Assembly (NCBI GenBank): GCA_000004695.1
Contig: CM000154.2
Location: 128,001-192,000, forward strand
DNA from: Dictyostelium discoideum
Lineage: Eukaryota
Reading direction: 5' to 3'
DNA: 64,000 nt
Every line of letters begins with the position of its first letter. The first letter of the stretch is position 1. The notes under the pieces were generated by a model. That model saw nothing but the letters and a program-made list of their open reading frames with translations, searched no databases and had not been told where the DNA came from. The position numbers and the translations under genes are program-made. Below, one piece after another: positions 25,589-37,025 of this stretch.

Positions 25589-26136
25589 ATAAAAAAAAAA
25601 TAAAAATAAAAATAAAAAATAAAATTAAAAAAATAATAAAATAAATTTTTAAAATCAGATAATATAAAAGTAATAGATTTAACAACAACAACAACAATAA
25701 CAACCACAACAAAAACAAAAATAAAATAAAAAATTCATTTTTTTTTTTTTTTTTTATAATTTTGAAAGAATATTAATATTAGATTATATTTTTTTTAAAA
25801 TAAAAAATTAAATCATATAAATTTTTATTTTTTTATAATTAAAATTAAATCAAATCGAAAAAATGTAAATTTAATGAACACACAAAAAAACACACTAACA
25901 TACACACACTCGATCCCAAAAAATACAAAAACACTAAAAAGTGTTTATTTTTATTATTATTTATTTATTTAAAAATAATTTGTGTAGTTTTAATTTTTTT
26001 TTTTTTTTATTTTTTTTTTTTTTAATTTAGATTATTTTAAATAATTTTTTTTATTTAAATACAAATATTAACAATTATAAATTAACCATATTAATTGAAT
26101 AACAAAATTAAAAAAATTCGAGATATTTTTTATTTA

Positions 26137-26167
<31 letters not shown>

Positions 26168-26224
26168 AAGATTAAAAAAAAAATTAAAATATAAAACTAT
26201 ATATCAATTACATTTTTAAAAAAA

Positions 26225-26823
26225 ATGAATTATAAAATATCAACTATTTTAATTTATCTAATTTTATATATAAATAAAAGTATACTTTCTTTTTCCAGAT
26301 TAAAATAATATTTTTTTTTTCTTTTTTTTTTTTTTCTCTAAACATAATTTTTTTTTATTTTTTTTTTTTTATTTTCCTTTTAGATTATGGACATAAAAAA
26401 ATAGAAGTGTTTATATCACCACATGAATATATAATAAAGAATGAAGAAGGATCAAATGTTCCAATAGTGTTATCACCAATTTGTAATATTTCATATTATC
26501 CAATTTTATTAATGGGTAAAAACTTATTAAAATCAAATAATAATAATATAAATAATAATAAAAATTCAATTTATATTGGAAAGATACCATGTACAGATGT
26601 TATTCAATTTAAAAATGATAGTAGTATACTTGAATACTATGGTGATATAAATAACGATTTAGATAGTTTTGATAATTATTCACTCGATAAACAATATATA
26701 AATATTTTATTAAATTATACAAACAAACATTCAGATATTGAAATATTGAAATGTAATTTACAAACTAAATTTATATCACCTCCTGATCTTTTAGAACAAG
26801 ATATCTATATTGCTATAAACAAC

Positions 26824-26866
<43 letters not shown>

Positions 26867-27045
26867 GTAATAATGAAGATATGCATGAATCACAAAATTA
26901 TATTCTTTATAAAGGAGTATCAAAATATCAAAGTAACACAGATATTTGTAATAGTCATAGTCAATGTTTATTAACTATTTGTTTATGTGACTCATTTTCT
27001 TTGGATGGTCCATTGTGTAATCTTAAAACTGATAATAGTGATAAT

Positions 27046-27125
<80 letters not shown>

Positions 27126-28434
27126 TAGTAAAAGAAAATTTTTAAAAGAAAATAATTATAAAATAAATAAGAAACAACCATTGTATAATCAAAAATTACC
27201 AGAAATAATTTATTCAAATTCAAATAGTAGTTGGACAATAAGATTTACAGAGATTAGAATAGCTGGTGTAGATAATAGAGATATTAAATCAATTTATTAT
27301 AACCAATTCATTCAATTCTTTCATCATGATTGGTCAATTAAAAAACTTTATAAATTAAATGATAATAATTATTATGAAAAAGATAATTCTAGTGACAGTA
27401 ATATTAATGAAGAAGAGTCAGAAGAAGAAGAAGAAGATAATAATAATAATAATGATGATGATGATGATCAAGTTTATAGATATAAATTAATAACATCAGA
27501 TATTAGTATAAATATCGAAGTTTATACTATTAATAATAATAATTCAAATATTTTATTAAATGATAGATTTAAATATTATAAAATTGGTGATATTTTAATA
27601 TCAATAACATTATCAAATGTTTCAACACCATTAAAAACTGGTTATAGATTTAAAATGGTATTTGAAGTTCAAACTAATATTCAACAAAAACCAATTTGTG
27701 GTATCAATAGTGATCTTGATCCATTCGAATTTGAATATGGTAAAAATTTCAATGGTGATCTTAAATGGCTTTCAACTACAAGTAATTTCTCAACATTATA
27801 TACAAGATTTAATGTTGATAATTTAAATAATAAAAATAATAATAATAATAATAATAATAATAAACTACAATATTATAATGAAATAGATAATGGTGTATCA
27901 TTTGATATTATTAAAGATCCATATAATCAAATTAAGGGTAATTCAGAAGTTTTCATTTTTTTTGAACCTTTTAATGATAGTATTACAATTTATTCAGATT
28001 TTAAAATTTTAGGATTTATTGAATTTCCAAATATTTCTCATCATCCATGTAAAGAAGTTTTACCAATTGCTGATGCTACTGTTTATTTAATACCAACAAT
28101 TATTCCTGTAATATCACTAGCTTTAATTTGTTTAGTTAGTGTTGTTGTTAATTTAGTTAAAACTAATAATGCTTCACTACAGTTTAATAGGTTTGGTAGT
28201 AATTTTAAATCAATAGATGATACTGATAATAATTCAAATAATATTTCAAATAATAATAATAATTCAAATAGTAATAATTCAAATAATAAATATAATAATA
28301 ATAAATTAAAAAGTTATAATGAACCACTTTTTAAAACCAATTTCCAAGATATAGATGAATATTTTAATACAAGTATTAGTAATATACATTCAATTGGTTG
28401 TAATGGTGCTTTAACTGATGAGAATTTTATTTAA
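26225..28434 (+). CDS. Hypothetical poly-Asn-rich type I membrane protein (signal peptide plus single C-terminal TM), about 700 aa, tentative 2-exon model
   Basis: Proposed exon 1 is 26225..26279 (MNYKISTILIYLILYINK, signal-peptide-like) with a GTATAC donor. The acceptor is ttttag at 26383, so exon 2 is 26384..28434 and includes the track ORF starting at GTG 26407. The body has several long N runs, acidic stretches, Cys-containing segments and a C-terminal TM LIPTIIPVISLALICLVSVVVNLV. No family recognised. Confidence 0.4.
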
Positions 28435-28868
28435 CAAGGTTAAATCTTAAACATATGGAATTTAAAAAAATAAATATAATCATTCATTCATTTACCAATA
28501 AAATAAAATTTAATCGATATTTGTTTTAGAAAATTGGGTTGTATTTTCATCTTTTTTTTTTTTTTTTTTTTTTTTTTTTCTATTAAATAATATTATTGAA
28601 AGAAGGAAATCAAAATTTCACAAATTTTTCCTATTCATATTTTAAAATATAATAATCAAAAGAATTTATTTTAACTTTCAAAAGCAAATAAAAATACCTA
28701 TAGGGATTTATTTATTATTCCAATTAAAAAAAAATGTTAAAAAAAAAAAAAAAATAATTATTTAAATAAAAAAAAAAATTATATAAAAAAATAGGATTTA
28801 AATTTGGGGTGTTTTTTATAACACTGTTATAATTTATTAAAAAATTTCCAAAAAAAATTTTTAATTTT

Positions 28869-28918
<50 letters not shown>

Positions 28919-29066
28919 ACACACTACCGAAGCAAAAAAACAAATTAATAATATAAATATATAAATAGAGTTTTATTAATGATGAGATAATTAATTATAA
29001 AAAGCTTTATAAAAAAATAAAAACAACAAGAAAAATATAAAATACTTATAAATAAAAATAAAAAAA

Positions 29067-29192
29067 ATGAATAGTTTAAAATTTAAACTAACATTTTATA
29101 CACTTTTTGGATTAATTTGGTCATTATTAGTTTTTTTCTTTTTATGTAAGAATTTTATTATTAAAAAACAAAACAAAAAAAAATACATTTCC

Positions 29193-29227
<35 letters not shown>

Positions 29228-30037
29228 TTTTTTAACCCAAATAAATAAAATAGCACCATGGTATGAAGAAACATTAAAAAAAGATATATTTGAATTAAAA
29301 CAATATAAATTTAGTAATTTTTTAATTTTATATGATAAAATAGAATATAATAAATTTGATTATGTTGATGGAGCAGAAACTTATTTTAGAGATGCATTTG
29401 GTTTTGAAACTAAAACGTTAGAAGGGATTATGACATCGATTAAAGTATTATCAACATTAGCTTTTCTCAGTACAACATTTTTAATTTATTTTACAATTAT
29501 ATTCTATGTTCATATAAAATTTATATTCGATACAGAGAATCATAGAAGATTAGGTAAAAAAGTATGGTGTTATGTTTTAATTGGTTCACCATTAGTTTCT
29601 TTCTTTTTATCATTTATTACTCTATTCTTAATAATTGGTATACCAAGTGCTGTTAGAAATGTAAATTATAAAAAAATTTATTACATATTTATAATTATAG
29701 TATAATTTCATTTCTTCATTTTACTAATTTTATTAAATATTAATTTTATTTTTTATTTTTTTTTTTGAAAAAAAAAAAAAAAAAGGATTGTTATAAAGAA
29801 TATGGTAAAAAATTTTGTAATTCACAACTTAGATATCATACATCATTTATTGGAGAGAATCAAGTTTGGTTATGGGGACCATCAAGAGGTTGGATAATAT
29901 TAATGGTTGATACAATTTTAACATTTTTTGCAACAATTTATTGTTGGAGAAATGCTCATAAATTTGATGAAGTTAAAATGAAAAAAAAGAAAAAAAATTA
30001 CTTGAATAATAATAATAATAAAAATAACATATTATAA
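29067..30037 (+). CDS. Hypothetical multi-pass membrane protein, tentative 3-exon model
   Basis: The track ORFs 29067..29705 and 29765..30037 can be joined in frame through a GTAAAT donor after ...SAVRN and an aaaaag acceptor before DCYKEYGKKFCNSQ... An internal intron at 29143-29254 (GTAAGA...aaaatag) removes an (ATTT)n tract. Multiple hydrophobic helices. No homology recognised. Confidence 0.35.
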
Positions 30038-30289
30038 TTATATAATAATAATAATTAATAATAATAATAAAGGTTCGATCAAAATGTACCACTATAGAGA
30101 TTTTAATTTAAAATAAAATTTTATTTTTCTTTCTTTTATTATTACTATATGTATTAATACTTTTTATCATGATATTGTTAAGTAATAAAGGAAAAAAAAA
30201 AAAAAAATTATTATTATTATTATTTTTATTATTTTTATTATTATTATTATTATTATTATTAAGCACCATATTTTGGTACTTTACCTAAT

Positions 30290-31262
30290 TTGAAAGCTAA
30301 TTCTCTAAAATGTTGAAATAATAAAATTTTACCATTTGATCCATTAATAAATTCAGATTCACAAAATGATTTAGTATTATCTTTTCTTGTAAAAATTGAA
30401 TTATAATGAATTGTGAATAATGGAGATGTTAATCTAAATAAATAAATTAATTAAATAATCATATTAGTAATTATATATATATATATATATTTAAATAATT
30501 ATTAATTAATTTACCTTGGATCATATGGTAAACTATTTGAGAGTGTATAACTTTGTTTTGGTAAATTAAACCAATTTGGTATGTTTGTAGATTGTTGTTG
30601 TTGTTGAGCAGTTAATGGTATTTCTATATTTGTTTGACTATAACCAATTACAATATTAATATAATAATTTTTATTATTATTACCATCATTTTGATTTTTT
30701 TTTAATAAATTTGATAAAATTAAATCAATATTAAATAATGTTTTTCTTCTCTCTTCTAATGAATTATTAATAGTTTGATAATGAATCATTATTAATTGTT
30801 CATTTGATTCAGAAATTGTATCTAATAATTCTTGATTTGTTTGTTTTTGAGTATCTAATTTTACACTATCACTAAATATACATAATTCTTTTTCTATATT
30901 ACTTATTAATTTAATCTTTAAATCCATATATCTATATAAAAACATAAAAATTATGTATTAGTGTGTGTGTATTATTATTATTATTATTTTAAATTATATT
31001 ATTTCTAATAATATTACTTCTCTTTGAAAGATTGTTCCGTTAATTTTTCATCATGTTTAAAACCTAATAATTCTTGAAATTCTCCAAATGTATCTTTATT
31101 GGTTGTTGTATCTTTTTGAGAATATAAAAGTTGACCAACACAACCATCATTAACTATTGAATTTAATGTATTTAATTCCAAATCTTTATATAATTCTTTT
31201 TCTTCAAATTCTTTATCAAAGACTCCATCAATCCAAATTAGTATGCTTTGTAAGTTGTTCAT
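30290..31262 (-). CDS. Hypothetical protein, about 280 aa, tentative 3-exon model
   Basis: Track ORFs 31014..31262 and 30511..30945 join in frame through a GTAATA donor and a tatatag acceptor. A third exon at about 30290..30455 (...LTSPLFTIHYNSIFTRKDNTKSFCESEFINGSNGKILLFQHFRELAFKLGKVPKYGA*) follows a GTAAAT donor. The composition is non-random. No confident family assignment. Confidence 0.35.
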
Positions 31263-31444
31263 TGTATTGTGTTGTTGTAAAAGTGAAATTTTAAAAAAAA
31301 AAAATAAAAAAAATGAAAAATGGAGTCAAAAAAAAAAAAAAAAAAAAACATGAAAATAAGAATCCATCTGGATTTTAAAAAAAAGTTTATTAAATTAAAA
31401 AAAAAAAAAATTTCTTTACATATACATATTTAAAATTCTTTATT

Positions 31445-32052
31445 TTACTTTAACAATTGAATAGGTTTCATTTTATTTTTATCTAAAATATTAGGATCAG
31501 CACCAAATTGTAATAATAAATTAACTATTTCCATATTACCTTGTTGGTAAGCTTTATGAAGTGGTGTCATACCATCTGAATCTATTAAATCAACTTTGGT
31601 TATACCTTTTTTTAATAATAATTTTGTATTCTTTAAAAATAAAATAAAATAAAAAATTAATTTTTAATAAAAATAATAACAAAAAATAAAAATAAAAAAA
31701 AAACACAACTTACATTTATAGAATTACAAAAACATGATCTATGAAGAGGTGTTGCACCACCACTAGTTTGACAATTAATGTTTGCACCATTATCTAATAA
31801 CAATTGAACTATGTCATTATTTTTATCATTTCTAACTGCATAGTGCAATGGATAATAACCTGATGAATCCATAGTATTTGAAAGTGATGAATTTTTATAT
31901 AACAATTGTTCAACCTTTTTAAAATCTGAATTTATAATTGAACCCCATATTCCTCTTTCAAAATTTAATTCATCCAATGATTGTGTAACTGAGTCAACTT
32001 GAACATGATTACATTCGTGCCCATTACATTCATGATTATGATGTTTGTCCAT
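31445..32052 (-). CDS. Ankyrin-repeat protein, about 174 aa, 2 exons
   Basis: Exons complement(31714..32052) and complement(31445..31630), with a GTAAGT donor and a ttaaag acceptor. Ankyrin consensus is present in [89 protein letters not shown]. The N-terminus is His/Cys-rich ([12 protein letters not shown]). Confidence 0.65.
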
Positions 32053-32212
32053 CTGTTGTTTCTTTTTGTTTTTTTTATTATTTTTTTATTTTTTTATTTT
32101 TTCATTTTTTTTTCAATTCCCAAAAATAAATTTTTTATGACTTTAAAAAAAAAAAAAAATTTCCTTTTCATCTTCTTTTTTTTTTTTTTAACAATTATCC
32201 AATTTTATTTAT

Positions 32213-32620
32213 TTTTAATATGAATTTAGTATAGATAAATATAAAACTCTAAAATACACAAATCATATTAAAAATAATAAAAAAAAATAAATGTTACCAT
32301 TCTTTTTTTTTTTTTTGAATTTTTTTAACCAATTTAAAATTTTATTCTAAAAATAAACCAAATCAAATCAATTTTTTATTTTTTATTTTTTATTTTTTTT
32401 ATAAAAATCTATTTTTTTATATAAAATTTATTCCCTACTTGTTGTTCAAAATAAAAAAACAATTACAAAAAATGTGTGTTAAAAAATTAAATTTAAGATT
32501 CTAAAAAAAAAAAAAAAAAATTTTATAAAACATAATGATTACATTCATTTTTTTTATATTTTATATCATTTTGTGTATTTTTGAATGTTCTATTTATCTA
32601 TACTAAATTCATATTAAAAA
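32213..32620. mobile_element. MITE-like non-autonomous element: about 55-60-bp terminal inverted repeats flanking about 300 bp of non-coding AT-rich DNA
   Basis: The left end at 32213-32270 is the reverse complement of the right end at 32560-32620; the shared core is cattttgtgtatttttgaatgttctatttatctatactaaattcatattaaaaa. A third copy of the same end sequence occurs at 44445-44525. There is no ORF between the repeats. Possibly related to Dictyostelium thug/DDT-type small elements, but no family assignment is possible without a repeat library. Confidence 0.4.
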
Positions 32621-33055
32621 TAAATAAAATTGAATAATTGTTAAAAAAAAGAAAAACAAATAAAAAAAAAAAAAAAAAAAAAAGAAAAGTAAAATGAAAA
32701 AAAAATGAAAATATTTTTTTTTTTTATTTTTTTTTTTATTTTTTTTTTAATTTGCTCATTTGCAGAAATAAAAAAAAAAAAATATGCGATAATTTTTTTC
32801 ATTAAAAACATTATTAAAAAAAAAAAAGTAAAAATATATATATTTACAATTCTAAACATTTATTATATGTTATTAGAAATACTTAAATATGATGGATCCA
32901 TACGCAACAACTCATAGAAGATTGAAACAGATACAGTTTGTATTTTTAGTAAAAAAAAAAAAAAAAAAAAAAATAGAAAAAATTACAAAATCTATATATT
33001 AACATTTTTATTTTTATTCTTTTTAATTGTTTAAAACTACAATAGGGGTCATTTT

Positions 33056-33637
33056 ATGACACCACAATCATTAAGAGTACTACCACAATTTACATTAAAT
33101 TCATTAAATAATAAATCAAACATTTCTTCAATGTGGAGAAAATTAACAACTTCTTCTCGAGTATTTATTATTATTATTATTTAATATTTAATTTATAAAA
33201 AAAAAAATACATTATTTTTATTTTTTGGAAGTAATTATTAATATTTAATAATAATAATAAAATTAAAGATAGGAGCAGTATCAATACCACCATTAACAGC
33301 ATATTATATATTTAAATTATTTAAAGGAAAACATAGAAAATTTATAAATGATAAAGATATTGAAATTATTATAAAAGAGATCTCTGGTAATGATATATTT
33401 GATCAAGTTGTAAAATTAGCAAGTAAAGTCATTGGATTTTTGGGTGTAATTCAAATATCAAATAGAATGGAAACTCATTTAGGTGTAAAATTAACATTTT
33501 CAAAATCTTATCAATTATTAGTTACACTCTCTTCAATTTTAGATACAATTTTATCATTTACAAAATTAACTCAAAAGTTTGTATTTGAAATTAATAATAA
33601 AAAAAAAAAAAAAAAAAGAAAGGAAAAAAAATGTTAA
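33056..33637 (+). CDS. Hypothetical small protein with presequence-like N-terminus; tentative 2-exon model
   Basis: Exon 1 is 33056..33160 (MTPQSLRVLPQFTLNSLNNKSNISSMWRKLTTSSR; Arg/Ser/Thr-rich, mitochondrial-presequence-like) with a GTATTT donor. The acceptor aaag is at 33268. Exon 2 from 33269 encodes IGAVSIPPLTAYYIFKLFKGKHRKFINDKDIEIIIKEISGNDIFDQVVKLASKVIGFLGVIQISNRMETHLGVKLTFSK... and is in frame with the track ORF 33440..33637. The 3' end is uncertain and it may continue into the next ORF. Confidence 0.35.
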
Positions 33638-33738
33638 TTCTATTTTATTTTATTAACTAAAAATTATTTATTTATTATAAAAGATGGGGAATAATATTTT
33701 GTATAGTTAGTATTTTATATTGTATAATTAATATAAGA

Positions 33739-34182
33739 ATGTTATATTTAACATTGGCACATAATAAAACGGTTGAAAGATTATTATCAGTGACAAGAAC
33801 AAAATGTCAAGGATTTAAAATGAATATACCAGCATTGGGGGCATGGGGATCAGTAGTTGCAATTACATTTTACATTTGGTTAAAAGAAGCAAAGAAATTA
33901 GCACAATCTACAGGTGGTATTTTAACGATGACAGCTTTTCTTTTATCAGCAATCGCAGCGATTAGAGTTGGATTAAGAGCTGCAATGACATCTTTTCCAG
34001 GTTTAACACCTTTTGAAGGTAGTTCTGCAGTTGTAATCGCTATTATTTTAGGTGCATTACCATTAATACCTTATTATACAACTTCTGAATGGTCAAGAAC
34101 TCTATTATCAGGTTATTTATCAATTGTAATTTCAATGATAATTAATTCATTTTTTGCTTGGAAAACTCCTTCAATGCTTTAA
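33739..34182 (+). CDS. Hypothetical small 3-4-helix membrane protein, 147 aa
   Basis: ATG ORF with Ala/Gly-rich TM helices (ALGAWGSVVAITFYIW; GGILTMTAFLLSAIAAIRVGLRAAM; SAVVIAIILGALPLIPYY; LLSGYLSIVISMIINSFFAW). The frame stays open upstream to 33661, so it may be a 3' exon of the preceding gene. No family recognised. Confidence 0.35.
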   Translation: MLYLTLAHNKTVERLLSVTRTKCQGFKMNIPALGAWGSVVAITFYIWLKEAKKLAQSTGGILTMTAFLLSAIAAIRVGLRAAMTSFPGLTPFEGSSAVVIAIILGALPLIPYYTTSEWSRTLLSGYLSIVISMIINSFFAWKTPSML

Positions 34183-34246
34183 ATAAAATAAAATAAAATA
34201 AATAAAAAAATAAAATAGTTTTTTTTTTTTAAAAAGTAATATTTAT

Positions 34247-36900
34247 TTAATGATCATAATTATTTATTGGATTATTATCATTATTATTATTATTATTACT
34301 ATTTAAAATACTATTATTTAAAGCAGATATTAACGGACTACTTCCACTCCTTTTTTTAACAATTGTATTATTATTATTATTTATATTATTATTATTATTA
34401 TTATTATTAATATTATTTATATTATTTAAAAAGTTATCATTATTTAAAATTGTTTCAGTTGTTGAGATGAAATAATGATTAATTTCTTTTAAACTCCATG
34501 AATAAATTTGATTAGATTGATGAAATGTTAATAATTGAAATGATTGATCATGAATTGTTGGTTCACAACCACCAAATGTTGAAATAAGTATTCTTTGTAC
34601 CTTTGTTTTATCCATTAATGGAATTATTAAAATTGGTGTTGATGGTAATTCATAGTCAAGAGCACATATTGCATTTCTATGACTACCAGCGAATACCAAT
34701 AGATTATTAGATTGATCAATAACAACTTTAATTTGATTATATGATGAGAATTTAAAATTTCCATCTAAATTATATTGATTATTTTCTTTTTGGTTATTTG
34801 AATTTGATGTAAAATGTAAATCTTTTTGATTTTTAAATTTAAAAATATTAAAATAATTATTATTATTATTAATAATATCATTTATTGAAAAACTATTATC
34901 ATCATTATTATCGTTATTATTAAAAAGATTATTTGAATTTGATATTGAAGATAAAGAAATACAACCAATACATTTTGTACTTGAACCAGTGTAAACACTA
35001 TTTCCAGTTACTCTTTGTTGTTGTTTATTAAAAATGAAATGCCAACTCTTTGAAATACCACTTGTAGAGATTGCATTAATAAATACACCTTCTTCACCAC
35101 CACTAATGAGTACTTTTGAAATTGGATCATCACCTTCATTACATAATGTATAGGTTGAAGCAAAATAAAATCTATCCATATTATCACGTACACTTTTATA
35201 AAGGAAATGAACTACACCATCATCAGTACCCAATACTAATACTGATTTTAATCTACCACCATTTGTAATTATTGATGAATTTAAACATGTTACTAAGGGT
35301 GAACAATTATTATTATTCCTTATTCTTCTTTTATTTATAATTTCATTTATTATATTTTGTTGATTATTATTATTATTATTATTTTCATTTCCATATATTG
35401 AATTTGGGTTATTATTATTATTAATATTTGTGTTGTTGTTGGTTATGTTATTATTATTATTTGTTAAAGAGAAACCAAATGTATTATGAAAAAATTCAGG
35501 ATCATATAGTTTATAAATTTCATCTATTGACCATTCCCAATTTCTTTTTATATTTTGTTTTAGTTCATACACTTTACTATTTGAACATGCAATAAATAAT
35601 GAACTTTCATTTGAATTTGCTATTCCCGAAACTCTATCCTCCAATATTATTACTTTAAAATTATTATTTTGATTATTTTGATTATTTTGATTATTTTGAT
35701 TATTTTGGTTAATTTGATTATTTTGATTAATTTGATTATTATTTGAAACTAAATTAATTTGATCAGCTAAATCAACGATTGTAATTAAACCATACATTGA
35801 TATACAAGCTAAAAATGAATTACTAATTAAGAAATGAAAATAATCAATATCATGATTAATTGTAATATCCCTTTCTTTAATCTAAATGTAATAATTAATA
35901 CTTTTTGCACTATTACTTTATGTTTAAAAAAAAAAAAAAAAAAAAAAATTACCTACTTTTACTTTCATATGATGATAATCTAAATCTATGAACCAAATTA
36001 AAACTTTTCTTTCAGTAGAAGTACGTGCTGCTAATGAAAATGATGTTGTTTCATTTAAATCATTTTTCAATATTCTTGCGGTTAACTCTTTAATATGATA
36101 TTCATTTGAAAAACAAAGATGTGTTAATATTTTAACCCATTGAAATGACATTCCCTTATATCTATAATTTATTATTTTTATATTAATATATGTATTCTCT
36201 CTATTATTACTTTTAATATTTATACTTGCATCCAAATTTCTAAATAACCATCATTAAAATACAATGCCATAATATTTGCTTTTATTACTGCATGTAGTAT
36301 TTTCCTATTGTTATTATTACTATTATTGATAATAATATTATTATTATTTGAAGTTAATGGTAATTTTGAAATGAAATAAATTCCACCTGCTACACTTGTA
36401 ATATTTGAAATATTTATTTTATGTTGAATTAATGCAGATAATCTATCAACACCATAAAAGTCAACTTCTCTATAGACATTATTTAAAGACATTCTATATG
36501 GTAATGTAAATGTTCCTGTTCTCATAAAACTGAGTATTGGTGAAAATAACTCTCCATCTCTATCAATAAAATAATAACCTATATTATTTTGTATTTAAAA
36601 ATTAATATCAAAATAATTATCATCAATATATTCTACTACTACTCTTTTAATGAAGTGGGATTAAGAGGTATTCTTTTTTTTTTTTCAAATCATCATCATA
36701 CCTTTTGAGTCTATAACTGTACCACAATCACTATTTAATAATCCATTAAAAAAACTACTATTTAATATTAATGTTTCTCTTGTGGTAATGTATTTAAATC
36801 CACCAATATTTAATTTTATAATGTTATTATTATTGTTGCTATTAACAGAATGTAACATTATGACAAAAATTGAAAAAAATAAAAAATAAAAATAAATCAC
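34247..36900 (-). CDS. BTB/POZ (KCTD T1-type) domain protein with a long Asn-rich C-terminal region, tentative 4-exon model
   Basis: Exon 1 is about complement(36702..36900) and encodes a hydrophobic N-terminus plus IKLNIGGFKYITTRETLILNSSFFNGLL (the KCTD/T1 BTB consensus VxLNVGGxxFxTxxxTL). Exon 2 is about complement(36226..36578) and continues YYFIDRDGELFSPILSFMRTGTFTLP...VDFYGVDRL. Exons 3 and 4 are about complement(35962..36153) and complement(34247..35879), with GTAGGT/GTATAA donors and tataag/atttag acceptors. The final exon carries poly-N tracts and beta-strand-like segments (VLVLGTDDGVVHFLY). Whether exons 3-4 belong to the BTB gene is inferred from frame and splice consistency only. 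Confidence 0.5.
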
Positions 36901-37025
36901 GAAATTTCATCAAATTTTTTTTTTTGTTTTTTTTTTTAATTTGGGTTTAATCAAAAAAAAAAAAAAATAATAAAAAAAATAAAAATCAAATATTTATTTT
37001 ATTTATAAAAAAAAATTAATTTTAT

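Noticed and set aside
30066-30085. ggttcgatc motif resembling a tRNA T-arm
   Set aside because: No acceptor-stem complementarity, D-arm or anticodon arm can be built around it. No other tRNA-like structure was found in the window.
31999-32917. ORFs 31999..32223(+), 32641..32859(-) and 32705..32917(+)
   Set aside because: Phe/Ile/Lys-rich translations of poly-T/poly-A tracts in the ankyrin gene 5' region and the MITE-like element. Not coding.
36121-36181. A 1-nt discrepancy between my reading of the printed sequence and the ORF-track frame in the BTB gene exon 3 region and elsewhere
   Set aside because: Homopolymer lengths are hard to count by eye. I trusted the computed ORF track for frames, and I report exon boundaries as approximate rather than claiming a frameshift.
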